From the human T2T-CHM13v2.0 reference genome, Homo sapiens, in NCBI RefSeq assembly GCF_009914755.1, contig NC_060939.1: a DNA stretch of 64,000 nucleotides; one strand, 5' to 3'. A model generated the notes under the pieces. That model worked only from the letters and a program-made list of their open reading frames with translations, had not been told where the DNA came from and ran no database searches. Below, piece by piece: positions 56,474 through 64,000 of this stretch (its first letter is position 1; the number at the start of each line of letters is the position of its first letter). Made by a program: the position numbers and the translations under genes.

Positions 56474-58073
56474 TACAATCAGTTCTTAAGAGAAAAAAGA
56501 AAAGCGCTTTGTGGATACATTCAGAACTTTTTGAGACTGACATTGAAAAGAACAATTCCCCTCCTTATTGTTCCTAGAGATGTCGTTAACAGAAACAAAA
56601 TCTAATTTTTGCATATGCTGGTTTGTGTCCTCCAGAGTTCAATACTTTGGGCCTGATTTTTCTCCAGGAAAAAAAAATTATATAGATATAGATATAGATA
56701 TCTGTCTTACTCAAGTATTTGAATGTGTGTGAACCATTTTTTCAACTTGTCAACACTATTTGTAGCTGGTTTTTTTTTTAAATCTACAGTCAGATATATA
56801 TACAGGGAGAAAAAAAATCCGAATTCTCCAATCAAAACAAAAAGCACTAGGGCGTTCAGGGAGCCATCATTTCCAGAATTGGAGACAAAGGTTTGGAAAG
56901 AAAATAGAAATGTTGGGCAGTACAAGAAGTGTTCCTTCCATTATATATACTTTTTGACATTGAGGGTTTTCAGAGCTACATTCCTCCAACAGATGTCATA
57001 AATTTTGTGTGTCAAACAATGAATGAAACTATGTTGAGAGTTCACTAATATGAATGTAACTTTTGCCAAATTTTTGACAAATGGGCATCAACCCTGAGGA
57101 AAAGGCTGCTTTCTGCTGCCTGTGAGAGTTTTCTTTCCATTTGTTACCAAAGCCATGGAGAACCAAGGGTCGAGTCAAGGCCATATCAGGACCTGCCAAG
57201 GCTGTTGCCCTAAACTGAAAACGCTGATTCAGAACTGGAAGGAGCCTTAAGATCATCGAGGACAGAGAAAAACGAGACCTAGAAAGATTTAGTGGTTTGC
57301 TCCGAGTCATCCAGCCCCCGTCAAGGCGGGCAGTGCAGCGTGGGGCCTGGAAACCAGAGGCACTGGTTTTGCATCCGCTCCCTGCTCACAGACCGGCCCA
57401 GGTTAATGTTGCCATCTGGGCGTTGATTTCTCCATCCCTGAAGGAGGTGGTTTCACTGCCCCTCTCCACGTGCCCACTCACTTCCTCAGGGCTGAGAACC
57501 GAATGGGGCAATGTGTGTAGAGTCCCTCTTCTGTTCCTTAGCCCCAATCCTTTTTTTTTTCACCTGCATTAGGTCCTTAGGGAAACTGAAAGTAACTTTT
57601 TCCTTTTGAAATGAAAATCCCCAGTACCACTGCCCGGGAGGATATTCACTGCAAGGCCATGGTACCCCACAAGTGGCCCGGAAAGAAAGCTCAAGTCACA
57701 GTTTCGAAGTTTGTTTTTGAGTTGTTAATCACCTGCGCACAGGAGGCAAAGAATGTTTCAAAGTAGTAGATTCAAATCTCACATGGAAGCTAAAGGCTGG
57801 CTCTGTTGTAAGTTTCTGTTACTCCATTCTCAAACTGCATTTGGATTTGTTGCTTCATGGAAGCCAACAGAACACTGCTCTTAGGCCTGGCATCGGATGT
57901 AAATGAAGGCAGTTCAGCCCTTATTTATTCTAGAGAAGCCACGAGGCAGATCCTGTGGAGCCGTGGAATCCACTGTCTCCAGAGGGAAGCTAATGACCGG
58001 GAAGGTGAAAGATGCTTTGTCTGTGGCAGGGAAGCAGTTGTTGTGTCTCCGGAGGGGCCGGCTGGGCACAGGG

Positions 58074-58178
58074 GGGCCGGAGGAGCAGAAGAGTTGGCTC
58101 CTCTTGGCGGATGCTGCATGGGGATGGGGTCAGAGGGGACAGCACACATCATGATGGTAAGTCCTGGTCTGTTTTCAA
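58074..58178 (+). repeat. Copy 1 of a direct duplication of about 105 bp (copy 2 at 59133-59237)
   Basis: GGGCCGGAGGAG.AGAAGAGT..GCTCCTCTTGGC.GATGCT...ACATCATGATGG.AA.TCCTGGTCTGTTTTCAA in both copies. Confidence 0.93.
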
Positions 58179-61000
58179 CTCCAGAGACACTCAGAAAGGA
58201 TTTGGAATGCTGCCTTTCCAGTGGGACTCTTGGTTAGACTCATGACTCCAGTGTTAAACTCCCAGATGCCTGCACTGGTATAATATAGCCCTTCGGCCTT
58301 CTGGTGAGCTGGGATTCGATGGGCTGCCCACATCCTGCACCTCCACTCCCCCACCTCACCCCAAAGTCCACTTCCTCTATGAAAACCACCCTTCACAATG
58401 AAACACTTGCCAAGGAACTGCTTGAATCGTGCTGTGGTCAAGGACGCCTTTATCTGAAGTGAGCCCCATCACTATTCCCAAAAGGATTAAGTATAGTTGC
58501 CCAAAGCCCAGTGATGTAAATATTAGAAATGGGAACCCACACCCAGGCAGTAGGGGCTTTTGTTTTTGAAGGGGATGCTGGCTTCCTAGGAATGGCCAAA
58601 GCATACCTGCATCTCAGAAGCCTGAGCCAGCGGGAAGTGATTAACCCCTGGGTTACTCAGCTCGAAGCCTGTCATTCCCATGATTTGTTTTCCTGCTATC
58701 TTCACACAAAGCACTCCTTTCCAGAACACTCCGGGACTGTCTGCCTAGCACCTTCCGGAGAAATTAAAAAGAGCAAAGGCAGAATAATTTGCCTAAGAAT
58801 AGGAATGTCAAGAAAATGTGCCTCAACAAAGAGTTGCTAGGCTCAAATCCTGGCCAAACTGTTCATCTCTCTTCAGTTGTTAACCCTCTACTTGAAAACT
58901 TCCTATCCGCCATGCCTCCTTTTTCTGGCTTTCGTTCTTCCCTTCTGGCTACAATTTTTTGTTACTCTAATCTCTTGTTCTGCTCACTTTCTCTCAGACA
59001 CAGAGCTTCCATATTGTCTTCTAGTAACTAAAATTATGAAAGTTAAGATTCATAATTTTGCCTACAAGACAAATTGTATTTCCATTTAAGAATGTTTTAC
59101 AGTATTTTGGGGACTGTATTTTGGGCTCAGATGGGCCGGAGGAGTAGAAGAGTCAGCTCCTCTTGGCAGATGCTCTGTGGGGCTGGGGGCTGAGAAGCCA
59201 GCAAACATCATGATGGCAATTCCTGGTCTGTTTTCAAGGTTGGGGGTTATAGGACAATACAGACAAAGTATAATAGACGTCTTGCCCTCAAGGAGTCTAT
59301 GGAAGCAACTGAATATGTGCACAAACGCACTAAAAAATAATAAAACAGGATATGATTACATGGCAAATAGACAGTAAATGATACAAGACTACATGGAAAC
59401 AGATGTCATGCCCCCTTCCTGGTAGATTTCTAACCATCTAAAACCAGTAGAAAAGGCTCTCCTGGGCATGCTCTATAATTTTCTCAGGGGTACTCCAGCC
59501 ACAGGCAAATCACCACTCACCCCGGCCTCTCAAATCTTAGAAACAAGAGCTCTGCTAGTTTAAAAATGCTTTGGTTTTACTACTTACTCTGGCTACGAAA
59601 TTTTTTGTTCATAATTGTAGCTTTTTTCTACCAAATTCTCATTTTAAAATCCTCCCCTCTTACCCACCTCTCATTCCTTGCTGTAGGCCATGTAGTTGTG
59701 TTCTGTTTGTTTGTTTGTTTGTTTGTTTGTTTTTAAACTTTTGGTCTTACCATACCTTTGCTTTAATCCTAGAGCATCTGTTAAGCTTTAAAGGAAAGAG
59801 CATAAATGAATGCACACATATACTCTTAGAGCCTATAAAATCAGCTTCCTACTCCACCAGGGAGGTCTGAAGGAGCCTTTGGTTTCTGGTAAAGCAAATG
59901 GATGAGGATCGCCGCTAACATTCACTTCTCCCACGAGAAGCCTCCCCAGGCTGATTGCTATAGTCGCTAGTGCAGACTGCGACCTGATCTGCTCAGGCTG
60001 CCAGACTTCAGAAGCCTCAGCCAGGTTCAGAGCCTCCCTAATCCTAATGGGCTAGGAGCCCTGGGTGTCTCCAGATAACCCATTTTCCAGCCTTCCAAGA
60101 AAGAGGAGTAGTGGGGCAGTGGGCGAGAGAGAATTGGGTTTCAGTGCTGTTTTAATGTAAACTGCTGGGGGCTGGGAGCTCCCCTTTTGCTCTCCTTGTT
60201 TTGGTTCCTACCCCAGAAACATAAAGTATTACTGATAAACATGGATAATTAAATTTGGATAAAAACTACTTGAACCTGAAGAGTTCATTCCAATTTGTAT
60301 AACAGCAATTGATGTGGGTTGTGTATTTAAAGGAATATTTAAATTTCATGCAGCAATTTGCAAGTTCAAATGAAAAGCTATTTGGCACATTTGGATACTG
60401 GGTTGCAAGGGAAATAAGCAAAATGTACACATGAGGTACATGCCATCATATAATTGTGTACATTTTTTATTTGTCACAAAGCATTATAAAAACAATAGAG
60501 AAAAACTATGAAGGAAAAAAAAGGTCACCACTGGGAAAAAAAAAAACTTATTTTCCATATGTTTTGCCTGTGTGTTTATGGAAGGCTTTTTATTCAAAAT
60601 TTTGGTTTTTATTCAAAAAACTTTGCATAAACATCTTCCTGTGTTGCTTCACCTAGTCTTCTGGTTAATGTGCCATAATTTGTTCTCCTCTTTTTGATCA
60701 CTGGGTTTTTCTAATTTTTTGTTCTCACAACTAGGACTGATGGGAGATTTTTTTGTAATACAGATATTTTCTGACATGTAAGAAATGAAAACATACACTT
60801 AAAAAAAACTATTTCATTTAAGCACAGACATACCCTAAATATAGTGTTAAGTTGTTTCTTAACTATGTGGTGATTCCTGCTCCGGCCTGGACTCCAGCCT
60901 GGAGAGCCCTTTTTTGATTTCCAGGCCTCAGGTTCTTAAAAGAGAAGCAAAACAACTTTTCCCAAACTGGTGTGGTAAAGCCTTTAAGAAATCTAGTTCC

Positions 61001-61300
<300 letters not shown>

Positions 61301-63117
61301 AAGAAATCTAGTTCCACACGTTATCCCTTTCCCGCTCCCTCATCTGTGCTGCTCCCCCAACAAAAACACACAAACTTGAGCTTTAAGACATGCCTTCACC
61401 GCAGCCACCCGGCTCTTTCTTGTACCCCTTGTCTAGACCTGAGTTGATAAAAGTGAATGATGGGTGTGTGGGCTTAGAGGCACTGCCTCGGGCCTCAGTT
61501 CTGGGAAGACCCTTAATTACTGGATGATGAACAGTGACAGAAGAAGGAAGCAGCCATATAGAAAACTTAACTGCCCTGCTAAAGAGGCAGCCTAGATAGT
61601 ATGTACAATCCCAGCCTTCGAAATTAGACCAGAATTTAACAGCCACCTCTGCCATGTACTGGTTGTGTGACTTAAAGTAAGCTGCTCAACTTCTCTGCAA
61701 TTATTTCCCCATCTGCAAAATGGGGATAATAATAATAGTACCCAACATCATAACGTTCAGGGCATGAATAACTAAGATACTGCATGAAAAGTTTTAGTAT
61801 GGTGCCTGGCATAGCAAACTCTCAGTGATAGACAACTTCTATTGCCCTGTTCTTTAAATAGTCTTAGATCCCGGCAATCAGCCCGTAGAAGTCACGCTCC
61901 CCAGGATTCAAAGACAAGGCCGCCCCTCACCTCTTCCCTACTCACCTATCAGGCTGCCTTAGTGTGCTGTCATTTTCTCCTTCAAGGCTGCCTCTGATGT
62001 TCATTTCACCAGGATGATTCATCGGGATGGGTCAGGGCCAGTGGCGAGTTAGCCTGATAGCCCAGCTGGATCTTCCCCTGAAATCTGATGGAAGCACACT
62101 TCACCGCCCGTCAGGACTAAAGTCCGGCATTGGTGAGCAGTAAGAACAGCCCCTCTCCAGTGTGGGAGGAGGGGCCTCGAGTAGACCCCAATGACTGACC
62201 CTCATCAGCTCTCCAGGAAGTGCCTGCCCAGTGGCATCCAGAAGAGGTGCCCAGGTCCTGTGTCTCCCCAGGGCACACTGGGGTTTGCCACTGGGGTTAG
62301 GTTTCCTGGGGACTTCTCAATGACACTGTGAAAACCTAGCTCACCTCCTTGGTGATCGTACTCTCAGCCACTAAAAGGTTTCCTAGGGCACTTAGAAGTT
62401 GAGTTCAGACAATAATAATATCCTGGTCGTCTGGTGAAATCGTTAGCATCTGAGGGGCTGCTTTGCAGTACCCTCTGTTGGGCTTGCGGCTCCTGCCTTT
62501 GTATGTTTAACCTTTAAACAAGGGGGTTGGCAGAAGGAAGCAAGCTGTTCTGTCACAGCTGGTCCTGGCGATGCCAGAGGAGGCCCAAGCTGGAGCTTCC
62601 TAGTTAGCTTTGGCTTTTGCCTAAAGAGGATTTCAGGAATAGGGCAGGACACAGGGACCCAGCCAACACCAGGAATAAAAGCCAAGCGTCTACTCCATGC
62701 TTTTGGTTCTGGCTGGCCAGGGCATCTGACACCAGGGAACATCTTTCCTTTCACACTCCATTGTCCTGGGGCTTCAATTACATTCTTGACTGAGAGCCCA
62801 GGAATGAGGATAGCGGGCACTCCAGAAATTAACCTTAGAGAAGTGACTACGTGAGTTTTTAGCCTACTCGCCTCCCTAACAATGGTGCACACCATTGCTG
62901 CTCCAGGTGGAGGAGTCACTGCCACCTCCACTAGCTGAGCAAACATCCCTTGGCCTCAGATCTGGGATTAAAAGGAAGCAGGAGGTCAGCTCCCCACTCA
63001 TTAGAGCTGGATTATCCTACGAGGGTTTGTACTGCGTGCATAGACAAAAGCATAGCACCCAAAAGAATGAGACACAGCGACGGAATTTTGTTATTTTATA
63101 TTTCAAAAAAAGGCATT

Positions 63118-63420
63118 GGCTAAGTATAGTGGCTCATGCCTGTAATCCCAGCACTTAGGGAGGCCGAGGCAGGAGGATCACTTGAGCCAAGGAGTTTAAC
63201 ATCAGCCTGGGCAACATGGCAAAACCCCATCTCTACAAAAAAAATATAAAAAATTAGCTGGGTGTGGTGGCACACGCCTGTGGTCCCAGCTACTTTGGAG
63301 GCTGAAATGAGCCTAGGATCAATTGAACCTAGGAAGTCGAGGCTGCGGTGAGCCGTGATCACACCGCTGCACTCCAACCTGGGCGGGCAACAGAGCGAGA
63401 CCCTGTCTCAAAAAAGAAAA
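63118..63420 (+). mobile_element. AluJ-like element, TSD AAAAAGGCATTG
   Basis: Full-length diverged Alu. Confidence 0.95.
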
Positions 63421-63925
63421 GGCATTGACAAAGTCATTATTGGAAAAATCTGAATGTATGTAGTCTTATTTCCATTTGTTTCATAGTTTAGTGATGTTTT
63501 ATCTTGAGTTACAAATCCCTTTGGTGCAAAGGATGATGTCTTATGCTAGCTGCACATCTCGTCGGTCTTATAGCTCACCACCACAGAGAGCTGAGCCCTC
63601 CACAAGCCCCTGGTCTGTGTCCTTGACTCTCCCAAGGCCACCACCCCACCTTTCCCCACACTCAGAGCCATCAGCATCACCACCACCATTGATCGTATGA
63701 AGACATGCAGACCACTTTTATACTGCATGTGCTTTGTTGCAGGTACTTTTGTGAATCTGCAACACTGAGAAAAACTCGAGTTCAATCCTTAGTTCTTCCC
63801 AGTTAACAACTGGGGGATTTGAAGCAAGTTACTCAGCCTTTCTGAATTGCAGTTTACTCAGCCTCTCTGAATGTCAGTTTCCTCCTCTGTAAGAGCCTGC
63901 GCCTCATAGTTGTGTTAAAGAACAA

Positions 63926-64000
63926 AAGCTATCCCAGCTACTTGGAAGGCCGACATGGGAGGAGTGCTTGAGGCCAGGAGTTCAAGACCAGCCTGGGCCA
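63926..64000 (+). mobile_element. Alu/FLAM fragment at the window edge
   Basis: CCCAGCTACTTGG...GAGGCCAGGAGTTCAAGACCAGCCTGG. Confidence 0.85.

Noticed and set aside
62443-62946. 167-aa minus-strand ORF downstream of TPM1
   Set aside because: Non-ATG start, no recognisable homology and no exon signals.

Overview
Primate, almost certainly human, genomic DNA holding the complete alpha-tropomyosin gene TPM1 on the + strand (about 24.5-53.8 kb), with about 24 kb of upstream and 10 kb of downstream repeat-rich intergenic sequence. All 15 canonical exons can be placed with GT-AG boundaries and correct phases: 1a, 2a, 2b, 1b, 3, 4, 5, 6a, 6b, 7, 8, 9a, 9b, 9c and 9d. The gene has two CpG-island promoters, two mutually exclusive exon pairs and four alternative 3' ends. 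The translated exons match the human protein as I recall it. Almost all other ORFs in the track are Alu-derived, GC-rich or random. I found no new protein-coding system. The interesting signal is regulatory: (1) exon 9a has two AT|GTAA donors, and the second overlaps an AATAAA; (2) exon 9b is read in two frames; (3) distant branch points and AG-free zones precede exons 2b and 9a; (4) a triplicated branch-point-like motif precedes the brain exon 9c; (5) the 9d 3'UTR carries a hairpin, a palindrome and a miR-29 seed site side by side; (6) there is a compact NKX2-5/TEAD/T-box/GATA cluster about 4.2 kb upstream and an intronic CArG/MEF2 cluster; (7) a Tigger-derived antisense poly(A) signal lies in the 2b-1b intron; (8) three old local direct duplications occur in the flanks. 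Repeat subfamily names and boundaries were assigned by eye and are approximate.
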